From Camelus dromedarius (lineage: Eukaryota): a stretch of DNA of 64,000 bases. How positions within the stretch are numbered: the first letter of the stretch is position 1; every line of letters begins with the position of its first letter. Positions 52,401 to 64,000 of this stretch are shown here, in pieces. Where the stretch lies: positions 85,376,001-85,440,000 of the forward strand of contig NC_087437.1 in assembly GCF_036321535.1 (NCBI RefSeq), written 5' to 3'. Made by a program: the position numbers and the translations under genes. Under the pieces are notes generated by a model, which had not been told where the DNA came from, did not search any database, and worked only from the letters and a program-made list of their open reading frames with translations.

Positions 52401-52568
52401 TAAGGAGCAACCACTAGCCTAAGGTACCTGTCTATCCCGTTCAGGCAGTAGTTTGGCTTCACAGATTATAAAATCCCGAGAAACTTGCGTTCTTGCCGCC
52501 TGTCCTTCCTCAGCATAGATAACCCAGGCGCCCCTTACACTCACAAAGGCTCAGGAAGCTACGGTGAC

Positions 52569-52878
52569 TGTTGGCAGTCTTGAGTGAGCAGGTCAAAGCT
52601 CACAATAACCTGCGTGTGTGTGAGGTAAGAAGTAACTGTACGCATGCGCTAGAGGCATGAGTAAGCATTTTGAACAATACACATGCGTGGGCATAATAAA
52701 AGGACAAGTGCGTACACCTGAGGGCGGGTGCCACCCACTTGTACTGCAATAAAGTGCTGTTTTGCTCCATGTTGGCTCCTCACGCATGTCGGCTCCTCAC
52801 GCATGTCGGCTTCTCGTGCCTTCTTCCAGTTGGGCAGCTCACCTCCTCGAATCCCTCTTCAGCCTCCCTCGGCTGACA
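52569..52878 (+). mobile_element. Short 310-bp CpG-rich solo LTR, family uncertain
   Basis: Termini TGTTGGC...GCTGACA; TATA-like ataataaaa at 52693; AATAAA at 52748; flanks gtgac/gtgca. Confidence 0.7.
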
Positions 52879-53804
52879 GTGCATCACTCACCCTCTGGAG
52901 GGTTGTTTTTTTGAACTCCCTTTTCTCTTGCAACCATTGTGATCCTCTGCCTTCATTTTCACCTTTATCATGAAGATTTTACTTTGAGTCAAGGCCCCTG
53001 GTAGTGGCCTGTTATGACAGTCATCCACCCTCACTCCCTTCACTGAGTTCCTTGTGCATCCCCATTACCAAGATTGAAGCCAGAAGTGCCTGATACCTCA
53101 TCATTTCTGTTCTGTGCAACCAGCAGAGGGCTTGCAGCTCTCTTCCAAGCAACAGAACATCGTCCAGCAGGAACCTTCACGTTGGCAGCAAAGCAGGAAG
53201 GACTTGTCTCCACAGCCTCCGTCAGAGAGGCTCAGTGGGTCCCAGTGTCCTGCCTGAGTCCAGGACTGGGTATTTTAGGGCGTCTAGGGAAATTTAAAGA
53301 CAGACAGGAATTTATTACTATTATTAAGATTTGTTAGTAACCTCTGATTCTGTGGATTTAAATTTTATTTAAATATTTGATTCCTTTGACGATCTCTTTG
53401 AGCATGTGTGTGCACTGAGTAGGTTTGTATATTTACGCCAGGGACAAAATAATGGTCAACCTGCCCAGAGGAGCTTGATCTCACTTGATTTTTATTACTT
53501 GAGAATCAGTCAGTGTAGGATTGTGTAAAGAGTGCCTTCTAGGAACAAGCATCAACTTTGTTTTTTTTTTTTGAGAAGGGGTGGTTTGTAATTTCACTTA
53601 AATCCTTCTCTTCAACAGCTGGAAATACTGTACTATCTAATCTGAACATTGGATCTATGTTTTTATAGCTGGTATTAATTGATGCCTCAATGGTTCTTGA
53701 TGGGTCTAAAAAGTTGTGGGATTTTGTTTTGTTTTGCTTTCATAGATAACTTATGGATTAAAACATGATTGAAGGCTTTATGAAGTTTGTAGTTCAGCAA
53801 AGTA

Positions 53805-55342
53805 TTTTTAAAATTTAAATATAATTGGAATATAACATTGTATTATTTCCTGATATACAATATGATTCAATCTTCGTAAATACTGTGAAATGACCACCAC
53901 AATAATTCTAGTTAGCATCCAACACAATACATAGTTATTTTTCCTTGTGATGAAAACTTGTAATATTATTTTATAAACTTTAAAATATACAATACAATAT
54001 TATTAACTGTACTCCCTATCTGTACATCAAATTCCCATGACTTATTTATTTTATTATTGGGGGTTTGTACTTTTCAACCCCCTTACTCCATTCTCTCATT
54101 TCAGCCCCACCCCCACCGCAAGTTTGTTCATGAGCTCATGAGTTGATTTTTGAGTATGATGTTAAGTTTTTTTCCCTTGTATGTGTCTGTCCAGTTTTCC
54201 CAGCATCATTTACTGAAGAGACTGTTCTTTCACCATTGTATATTCTTGGCTTCTTTGTCATAAATTAATTGAACATACACGTGTGGGTTTATTTCTGGGC
54301 TCTCTATTCTGTTCCATTGATCTCTGTGTCTGTTTTGCCAATTCCATATTATTTTGTTACTATACCTTTGTAACACAGTTTGAAATCAGAGAGTGTGATG
54401 CCTCCAGCTTTGTCCTTTTTTCTCAGCGTTGCTTTGGCTAGTCAGTGTTTTTCATGGTTCCATACAAATTTTAGGATTATCTGTTCTATTTCTGTGAAAA
54501 ATGCCATTGGAATTTTGATAGGGACTACACTAAATTTGTAGATTGCTTTGTGTCATATGGACATTTTCACAATTTTAATTCTTCCAATCCATGAACACAA
54601 ATACCTTTCTATTCATTTGTATCTTCTTCAGTGTCTTTTAATCACTGTCATAGTTCTCAGCGTATAGCTCTTTCACCTTCTTGGTTAAATTTATTTCTAG
54701 GCATTTAATTCTTTTTGATGAAATTGTGAATGGGATTGTAGTATTATTTTTTATGTCAAATAGTTTGTTATTAACATATAGAAATGCAACAGATTTTTGT
54801 ATATCGATTTTGTATCCTGTGACTTTGGTGAATTAATTTATTCTAACAGAGTTTTGGTGGAGTCTTTAGGGTTTTCTATATGATGTATTATGTCATTTGA
54901 TTTTTTATTTTATTATTTTATTGAAGTATAGTCACTTAAAATGTGTCAATTTCTGGTGTACAGCACAATGTCCAGTCATGCATGTACATACATATATTCA
55001 TGTTCTTTGTCATTAAAGGTTATTATAAGATATTTAACATAGTTCCCTGTGCTATACAGAAGAAAATTATTTTTTTAATCCATTTTATATATATTGGCTA
55101 ACATTTGCAAATCTCAAACTCCCAAATTTATAATATTGACAGTTCTTCCTTTATGATTTGGATTTTCTAATTTATTTTTTGTTTTTGACCTAATTGAATT
55201 TGGCTGAGATTTTCAATACTATGTTGAATAAAAGTGGCGAGAGTGGGCATCCTTGTCTTGCGCCTGATACTAGAGAAAGAGCTTATCGCTTTTTACTGTT
55301 GAATATGATGTTAGCTGTGAGCTTGTCATATATGGCCTTTAG
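53805..55342 (-). mobile_element. L1 3' portion (3'UTR plus ORF2 piece) with internal deletion near 54130
   Basis: Antisense ORF2 ccagttttcccagcatcatttactgaagagactg; aatactatgttgaataaaagtggcgagagtgggcatccttgtcttg. Confidence 0.92.
54900..55131 (-). mobile_element. Young L1 3'UTR fragment nested in the minus-strand L1
   Basis: ttgaagtatagtc...gttccctgtgctatacag...gcaaatctcaaactcccaaatttat. Confidence 0.9.
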
Positions 55343-57159
55343 TTAACATCCTCTAGCCTTTTACTCCTCATTATGTACACAAAATACTTATTTAACTGTC
55401 CAATTCATCACCCCTGCATGTAGTCTCTGACAAGTTTTTATTTAAAATATATTTTTGTTTTTGATTTATGATGTTACATAAACATTGACTTTGGTCAAAT
55501 CTTTCTAGGTATTCCTTTTGACTGAAAATCATTTGTATTATATTTTAAAATCTTTCTTGTCAAAAGAATTAATTATATATAATAAAATTGATAATTTGTA
55601 AAGCATGTAGTTGTACAAAGGAACAATTCAAAATATATTCATTAACATGATATACAATCCTTAATCTTAATCTATTTTACCTGGAATTATTAAAATATAT
55701 TCAAAATTATAAGTTTATTAGAAATGTTTTATTAAAATTATAATTTCCATTAATATTGAATAATATTTTGATGCTGAACTACAGAATAGGAAATTGTTTT
55801 ATAATGCCTCAGACAAGTTTAGAAATGATAGCGAGATCCAGAAGGTACACTGTGGCATGACTCAAGTCACACAGAATATGGACTCAGGAAAGACGGAGAT
55901 AATTCCAATACTACTGCTGTGTACGTGACCTTAGGTTAAGTTATATCACCTCATTTGGTATTAGTACCATATCCCATACGTAAGAGTGTTGATGTGACAT
56001 CAAAAATCCCTCCTAGTTGTTGTAATGTCACGCATATACCCTATGTAATAATATCTAAAATTAAAGTGCTGGACAAATTATATCTCATTTCAAATATAAC
56101 TCTTGGGAAATAAATGATTTTTGGTATTTAGTTTTATGACACAAACTTTATTTTAAAGCACATAATATTAGTACCTCTCATGTGATGTATAATTATAATA
56201 TGCCATCAAGGTATCATCAAGGGAACTATGGCCACTTAGAGATCATCACATAAGAATTATTGATAGATAAAGATGCCCTAATATGATTCCTTCAAATCAT
56301 GTTACAGTTATTTTTTTTACAGAGTCCAGATTTTCTCTAGTACGCAGGGCAAGTTATTACCTGAACACAAAGGTCCTCTGAAGGTTGAACTAACATTTTA
56401 TGTCTGAAATAATGATTATTTAATCCAGATACAGTTCATCTGTTACATCTATAAGAAAGATTTCTGCTAACTGCTAATTTCTACGGAGATTAGATGCTGC
56501 GCTCAAGTTGAGGAGGGGATCATTTAAAGTTCCAATAATAAAAGCATTATGTGGATAAAGTAGATGGTGTCTAATGTACCTTGAAATGTGCCCTGAAGTA
56601 GATTTCTATTAGTGGAGCTAGGGACTTGAAGGAAAATAGATCTTAGTTTTAAGTAAATTAGAAATCCCATACCACTTCAATTCATTAGCATTAAAGCATA
56701 TGTTGACTTTTAAGATGAGTAATAGATTTCCAATGCAAAGCAAAATGTATCTTAATGGCCTCAGGCCAGGGGTAGTTATGTTCATTATGGAGCTAGTGAC
56801 ACTCTTGATGAGCAAGACCATCTCGCGGCATGGGCTAACAGAAACATCATCAAACTTTAAATTAGCTAAAAGTCAAACTGACATTCTTAACACTTCAAAA
56901 ATATTGAAAAGAAAGTTAACCTAATTTCAGAAGGATTGTAAAATTCCAAAAGTAAATTTGTCAACGTGACAAGCTTAGGTCACAAGGATAATAGTCAACT
57001 ACATATTTTAATTTTTTGCACCAAAGTCAACTCACTAATCATGATAAAATTTTAACTTTTCAAAATAATGCACCTTCAATTGATTAGTTAATGGAGATGA
57101 AGGCTTGAGCAACTGCCACCACTATATCCTTCTTGGCTCTAGAATCCAAGGATGTCTCA

Positions 57160-58055
57160 TGTCCACTTGCTCCTACTCTGCTGTAAATTGTGGTCCTTTC
57201 TCATGTGGATTAATGTGTTATATCCTAACAGGCTTCTCTTCTGGTTTTATCCAAATGCCTCTCACATGCTGACTCCACATTCAACACAGAAGGCAAAGTT
57301 ATCTTTACAAACTTATTAGATCCTGTCGCTCTATTTGAAACCCCACAGGTTCTCTCCATTGCATTCAAAGAAAAAAGTCAAAGCCTTTTGCTAGCCTCCA
57401 GAGGATGGCTGATCGGACCCTATGGCCTCTTTGCTCACTCTCTCCTACTCTGCCCTGCTCACTCTGCTTCAGTGACAGCAGCTTACTTGCTCTTCTTCTG
57501 GGAATCTTTTGAACTAAGAATTTTTCCTACCTGTTTCTACATGCCCTGGACACTTTTTCCAGATTTTCCTATGGCTGATTTCCTAAGAAACGTCATGTTT
57601 TTGTTTGATGAGGCTTACCCTCACTAACCTATTTAATGCTGTGAACTGCTCACCTACCACGCTCACAATCCCATCACCATTCCTTATTTTTGTTAACCAA
57701 ATCTTTTATCACCATTTAACATACAATATAATACACTTACTTATTATACATGTTGTTTATTGTCCATCTCTCTAGGCTAGAAAAGAGATATTTGCAATGG
57801 TTTGCTGATAAATTGGCTCTTAAAAATTTTTTTAAAGCCCTGATTGGTATTGTTTGCATGATTTTCAGGGTGTAAATATTCCCACCTTGGTCAATTGCAG
57901 TTAATAATTGGCAAGCAAACATCCTAAATATTTAACAGTCTGTTCTCATAAACTAAGATACACCAACTCCAGTCCACCACTGGATGGATACCTGTGTGTT
58001 CTATTCACTGATACATCCCAAGTGATCACTGCCAGAATCACATTAAGTGGCAAAT
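57160..58055 (+). mobile_element. L2 (L2a-like) 3' portion
   Basis: tcctaacaggcttctc...aacacagaaggcaaagttatcttt...tttattgtccatctctctaggctagaa...gttctattcactgatacatcccaagtg. Confidence 0.8.
57795..57982 (-). mobile_element. MER63-like hAT DNA transposon inserted in L2
   Basis: TIR-like ends caatggtttgctg and cagtccaccactg; internal aaagccctgattgg...gtgtaaatattcccaccttgg. Confidence 0.8.
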
Positions 58056-60214
58056 TTACATATAATTTCATAAAACAGTTTAGTTTACACTCATTTTTGT
58101 CTGTATTTTAAATCTAAGTATAAAGTAAACTAGTTATAAACCAGTAATTTCTATCCTCTTACATCAAATTGAATGATCTCTAACTAGATACTTTTATGAG
58201 TAAGAAAGTAATGATAAAAATTGTCTTCAGTCTTAATTTTTAAGTACTTGCACATTTCTGAATTTTATAAATAATCAACATCGTATACATTTTATTTTCC
58301 ATACGGGAAACATCCACAACTATGCTTTACAATCCACTGCACTACTTTACAAATTTCAGTAAAGATAAATCCTTATTTTCAAGTATTCTGTTATTAAAAT
58401 TATTTTTATTTTATAGATTTAATAATAAACAATTACCATCATATATTTGTTTCATAATTTGCAAAGGAATGATTAAATCTCATTTCAGATTTTTGGTCTG
58501 TATGGTAAAAATTAGCTTTTGTTTTTTGCTCTTAACCTACTCTGAGATTTGAGGTCTCAAAATAACTAGGTTTTACACAAATTAGGAGGGCAAAAAGTAG
58601 GCATAGCTCATAGATAGACAGACAGACAGACATAGACAGACAGACAGATGTAAAATTAAGGTAAATGAGATGCCTATTACTACTATTTAAAAGTATTGTT
58701 TTTTCCTCTGAGGAAGAAAATACCACATGAATGAATGACAAGATCAGAAAGAGGAACCTGATATTTTAGAGAAAATAGTATATTTCATATTTTAAGTATA
58801 AATAACTTAAAAGACAAAATAACTTTAATTTTATGTACAAAACTTAAAATTTTAAAAATTTTAAGGTAATATTAAAAATACCAAAGACATCTAAAATGTC
58901 TCACTTTTAACGAGATAAATAACTTAAAAATTAATCAGGAAGATTTTCACATGTATAAAAGCAGGAAAAAGTTACTCAGAGCATGAAAGAAATTAAGTGA
59001 TTTTTCAGACGTGAGGTAAAATTTCAATCTCAAGTGACATTAAACAATGCCGGGTCTAATGGTTATTCTTTGTTTTTTACCTATAAATAACTTGCCATAG
59101 CCTTGAAAATTACTTTAACTATGTTCTTCTACAATATATTAGGAATTTCTTTATGGGCTTATGGCTTAGAAGTTGCTTAAGAATTAACTAAACTTTCATT
59201 TAGAGTACGAAATACAAGAAAGCCTTTACATATGCCAAAGCCAAATTAGTGGTTGTTGGCAGACAATACTAAATTACTCCATTAACCAGATCAACAAATG
59301 CAGAAGATTGGCAGAACGTTTAGAACCTCCCTTTTCCTAGAAGGTCCAAGATCCTGCTGAAATTTATCCAAAGTTACCCAAAGTGATTTCATGTACACCA
59401 AATATCCTCAATCTTAAGCAGATTATCCCAATATTACAGACTAAGTTTTATGAACTTCTGGTCTTGCCTCTAGATAATTTATAAAATGGTTGACTATCTT
59501 TGAGTGTTCCTTGTGGTCCTGAGAAGATAATAGCCTACATGTACGTACATAATAAAATAGACAAATCAAGTGACAAAACATGGACACAATATTTAATCAG
59601 CATATATTTCTATAGATTATATGTAATAATAGTAATACACAGCATTTTGTTAGCTATTTAAACACATTATCTTATATCTCTTACAATTTGCCTCTTTTTA
59701 GAATTTCAGGATTCCTTCTATAATGTTTAATGATTTAAGAATTAAGTTGGCAAGGGATCAAAAGATAGAAACAATTTCTTTAATCCAAAATTAGGATGCA
59801 GTGTGATAGGGGAATTTATCTTACCTACCAAATATTTTAAAACTGGAGCTTGGTACAAAGATGGGTTTTAGGAAAAGAAAAAAAAACAAGCAAATAATCA
59901 TAGCCAGTATCTCAAACCTGTTGTGAGTGGATCAGGGAGGGACCCCACTCCCCGATCCACAAAAAAAAAAAAAGCCTAAATTCACATTGTACTTGGGATT
60001 TAGTTTCATATTTGATTTTTAATAAATTTATCAGGAGATTCTAAAATACCACTTCTTTGAATGGGAATTTAGTCATTTTACTATGAAATTACTGAATAGT
60101 GAATTTTTTATAAAAATATAAATATGGATTACTTGGATACTACTTTCATTGTCAATACTTTTAAAACAGTAATTTTAGAAATGCAAGCCTGTATTGATTC
60201 ATAGTAGGCTTTTT

Positions 60215-61200
60215 TACTTTGCATGTTTTTGTTATCAAATATTTATCATTTTAAACATTCATAAATACATGATTTAGTGGCATTAAATGCATTCATTCAC
60301 AATATGTGGTAGCAACCACCACTATCAATGCCCAGTACATTTTCATTACGCCCAACAAAACTCTGCACCCATTAAACAATAATTCCTCTTCCTCTCTCCA
60401 GATTCTGATACTCTGCATTCTACTTTCTTTCTCTATGAGTTTGCCTATTCTAAGTTCCTCATATAATGTATGTTATTTGTTTTAATGGACTCTTTAATAC
60501 ACTCTTGGTGTTGTACATTCTGTGGATTTGGAAAAAAGTATAATGACATACACACCATTATGGTGAGCTCTCCCTCTTCAGCCCTCCCTCCCTACTAACC
60601 ACTGATAACTTCTGATCTTTGTACTGTCTCCATAGTTTTGCCTTTTCCAGAATGTTACATAGTTGGAATCATAGTATGTAGCCTTTTCAGATTGGCTTCT
60701 TTTACTTAGTAGTATGTATTTAAGGTTCCTCCATGTTTTTGAATGCCTCACTAGCCCATTTCTTTTTAGCAATGAATAATATTCCACAGTCTGCATGTAC
60801 CACAGCTTATCCATTCACCTGCTGAAGGACAGCTTGGTTACTTCCAAGTTTTATTATAAATAAAGCTGCTATAAACCTTCATGTGCAAGTTTTTGTGTGG
60901 ACATAAGTTTTCAACTGCTCTGAGTAAAAACCAAAAACCATGATAGATGGATCATATGATGATAGTATATTTAGTTCTGGAAGAAACCAACAAACTGTCA
61001 TTTCCAAAGTGACCATAACTTTTGGCATTTCTACCAGCAATGAATGAAAGTTCCTTTTGCTCCATGTCCTTGCCACTATTTGGTGTTGTTGGTGTTCTGG
61101 ACTTGGACTATTAAAATAGATGTGTAGTGCTATCTTGTTTTAATTTACATTTCCCTGATGACATATGATGTGGAGCATCCTTGCTTATATGCAACCCACC
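60215..61200 (-). mobile_element. Old L1 3' fragments (L1MB/MC grade)
   Basis: Peptide MDKLWYMQTVEYYSLLKRN...LLSKRSQSEKATY; KTYVHTKTCT. Confidence 0.88.
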
Positions 61201-62977
61201 TTATTTATGGCATTTTTCCCACTCATACTAACTATAAGTGGATAATAATTAATTTAATCACTATTACTTAATTATAATTAAGTTAATTAGTTTAATAAGA
61301 ATTAAACACTCATGCTCTCACCACTCAGCTTAATAACCGAATTTTGCAGTCTCTTTAACATCCTTTGTGCCTTTAGCAAATGCAGCACTTTTTCTTACAA
61401 CTATCTTTTCTGTCCTTCTTGCCACCCACAAAACTACAAACTTCTAGTTGTGTTTGTCATTTAATTGGTTTTCCTTAGTTTCACATATTTATTTATTGTT
61501 AAAATATATATTCTCAAGTGTTGAATATATGGTTGCAAGTCAAGCTCTGCCAATAATTATTTTCTATATATAAATATTTTGGTAGTTAAATATATGTTAA
61601 CATATCTAATGATAATACAGTTTAATATATACCATTAAGCTATAATATAGTTTTCCATATTTTAACATATCTAATCATTTGCCAGATCATCTATTCCTTT
61701 GCCACTCTCACATACTGTAGTGATATGCTAAGTACTAACATCTGGTACTGGTGCTTAACCTGATGTATTTTTTTAAAGTTCAGCTTAGTTTTACTTTGTT
61801 CTTTTAATTAATTTCTTTTTAAAATTTTTGTACCAAAGTACATGGCTTCTGTGTTGTCATTTATATTAAATTTTATTTCGCTCTATGGTCAAGTATGTGG
61901 GATATTTCCAACATGTTGGTCTTTATCAGACACAACAGAAAGAACTGTTATCCTATAATAGTTTCCTCCAAATTCCTATAAATTCTGAATAAAGGAAAAG
62001 AAAATTTTAAGTGCAAATTGGTTATGTTCTAGGCACTTCAATTAAATAAATTAATTAATCAGGGTGATCTTTAGTTTCCTCATACAAAATTAGATTAATA
62101 AACGTTGCAATGCCCTTTGGTTGTTTCAGTATTTAAAATTAGCTATCATGCCAAATGCCCAGTATGCTCTACTGGCAGCATTGGTCATGATTGTGAGGAA
62201 CAACCACCTCACTGTTTCCATTCAGTTTCACCCAGATCCAAGTTTTCTTAGCTTTGTGAGGATACAGGACAGGAAACAACGCAGCATGTACAGCAACAGC
62301 GTGGCAAAGTCTCATAACTTCCAAGCACAAATCCTCATGACTCAGTCATTCTGTACCATCTGCAGGATCACTACATATGACACTGAGTTGACACTACATA
62401 TGACACTACTTCAGACCACAGAAGCTGTCAGCACTGGAGTTGATTCCACTTTCCTTTTAGAACTACATAACCAGCCAGACATGCAAACCTTTAGAGCATT
62501 GTGTTAGCTCCTGTTCTCCAGTGCAAATGCATTTTCAGTAATGCCAATCATAACACCTGATTATCCAGGAAATATAGGTGGTCAGTCTGATACATAAACC
62601 TTGACCACATCATCAACCATGATTTTTAACAATTTCTTTAAGTATTGTTTCAGGAGAATGGAGAGAATCAATTCCTTTGAAATCATCTCTGTGATTGAAG
62701 GATAAGCCACAGAATCTATTGTTAATCATTTTCTTCCCACATTCAGTTATTAGCCAAGTGTTTACACATAGCAAATCTCAATATATTTTCTTTGAAATGT
62801 AAAGAGAGAAATAAAAGTAATATCATAATTTATTATAAAGCAACAGAGAAAATGTATTCCTAGAATGACAGTGGAAAAGATCCTCTGTAGATATTTTAAT
62901 ATTTCCTGGAGAAACTGAAATAAACATGATTTTATTGCATTGCTAAATACACAGTAAAAGAGAGATGAAGGGTCCTC

Positions 62978-63183
62978 AAAAGGAAAGGGAGAAAGCAGGA
63001 AAGGAAGGAAGGAAGGAAGGGAGGGAGGGAGGGAGGAAGGGAGGGAGGGAGGAAGGGAGAAAAAGAGAGGGAAGATATAAAGGAACTGATCAGGAGAGGA
63101 TGGGAGAGATGAAGGAAAGAGAAAAAAGCAAGAAAGAAAAAGGGGAAAGGGAAGGGAAAGAGAAGGGAAGGGGAGGAAAGGAA
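62978..63183. repeat. Polypurine (GGAA)n/(GGGA)n low-complexity tract
   Basis: Direct observation. Confidence 0.95.
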
Positions 63184-63399
63184 TACTGGAACTGGACAAA
63201 GAATAATGAAACTCTGGAAACAAATGTTTTTAGTTTTGTGAGGTCAGAAAATGACTATTTGAGAACATCACAAGTGAGAGAAACTAAGTTCCTTAGATTA
63301 AGTCAAGAACCCAAAAGAGAATTAAATTTGTCTAAGCTCATTAGCACAGCCTGGTTCATGTTTAAAGTACATTTAAATCTGTCCTATTTGGGGTTAACA

Positions 63400-64000
63400 T
63401 TTCTCAGTTTAGACCCTAAGAATACTCACTTATTAAATTCAACAAAATCAAAAAGAAACAAACTGCCATGAGTGAGAGTCAAAAAAATACAGAAAATATT
63501 TACAACATCAAGAATTTCAGGTATTTGAAAATTTTTTTATAGTATGGAATAACTATGTTTAATATGTTTAAAGAAATAAAAGAAGAAATATAAGTAATAG
63601 AGTAATAATATATCATTAAAAGTAATAAGAATGACTTTAATACAAACATCATTTAGAAATAACATAACATAATCACGGAAAGTAAAGCTTTAATTGATGA
63701 GTTTAAAGTAAGATACACTCGCTAATGAGAGAGTTAATTATCATCTGTAATGTATCATAGAGGGATAAAGAGACTGACTATAGTAAGAAGAGATCAAAAG
63801 ACATGGAGGAGAAATGAGAAGGTCTATAATACATCAAGCAAATGAAAATCAAAATCCAAAGCTTTTATAAGAATAGAGGGTATCTCTATATTTATGGAGT
63901 TAGAGAAGGTTTTCTAAAACAAGACATTAAAAGGTAACTGAAAAAAGGACCACTTACTCAAAGGGCACCAAAAAGAAAATGAAAAGACAAACCACGAAAC
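63400..64000 (+). mobile_element. Ancient L1ME-grade fragments (ORF1 region then ORF2 piece)
   Basis: ccatgagtgagagtc...atgtttaatatgtttaaagaaataaaaga...gacatggaggagaaatgagaaggtct; aaaatgaaaagacaaaccac. Confidence 0.65.

Noticed and set aside
56618..56924. Two opposed ORFs in unique DNA
   Set aside because: No convincing splice borders or recognisable motifs; may be conserved non-coding but the sequence alone does not show it
62762..63471. 153-aa and 168-aa ORFs
   Set aside because: Produced by the stop-free GGAA/GGGA low-complexity tract
1..64000. CRISPR arrays, tRNA/rRNA genes, operons, intact retroviral ORFs
   Set aside because: None seen; the sequence is mammalian and the short repeats are microsatellites or local duplications without spacers

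Overview
Mammalian, AT-rich, repeat-dense genomic DNA. Roughly half is LINE-1. The young L1 3' ends look cetartiodactyl and probably camelid, but this is from memory and not a database search. There is no intact protein-coding gene, RNA gene or prokaryotic feature, and the long ORFs in the track are L1 ORF1/ORF2 pieces or their antisense shadows. Repeats include a young disabled L1 (1-5070), older near-full-length L1s, MaLR/ERVL/ERV1 LTRs, an internally deleted two-LTR provirus (50600-52400), MIR, L2, MER5, MER63 and microsatellites. The main observation is a chain of minus-strand exons in the unique DNA between L1s, with canonical AG/GT borders and compatible reading phases (core chain 24954 to 21123, further candidates at about 35.0, 34.1, 10.1, 9.3 and 5.15 kb). 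The core splices into a ~190-codon frame with only three in-frame stops. It is most likely an unprocessed pseudogene of a multi-exon gene I cannot name. A CpG-retaining, ERV-interrupted patch at 50.3-52.9 kb, where L1 orientation flips, is its candidate promoter.
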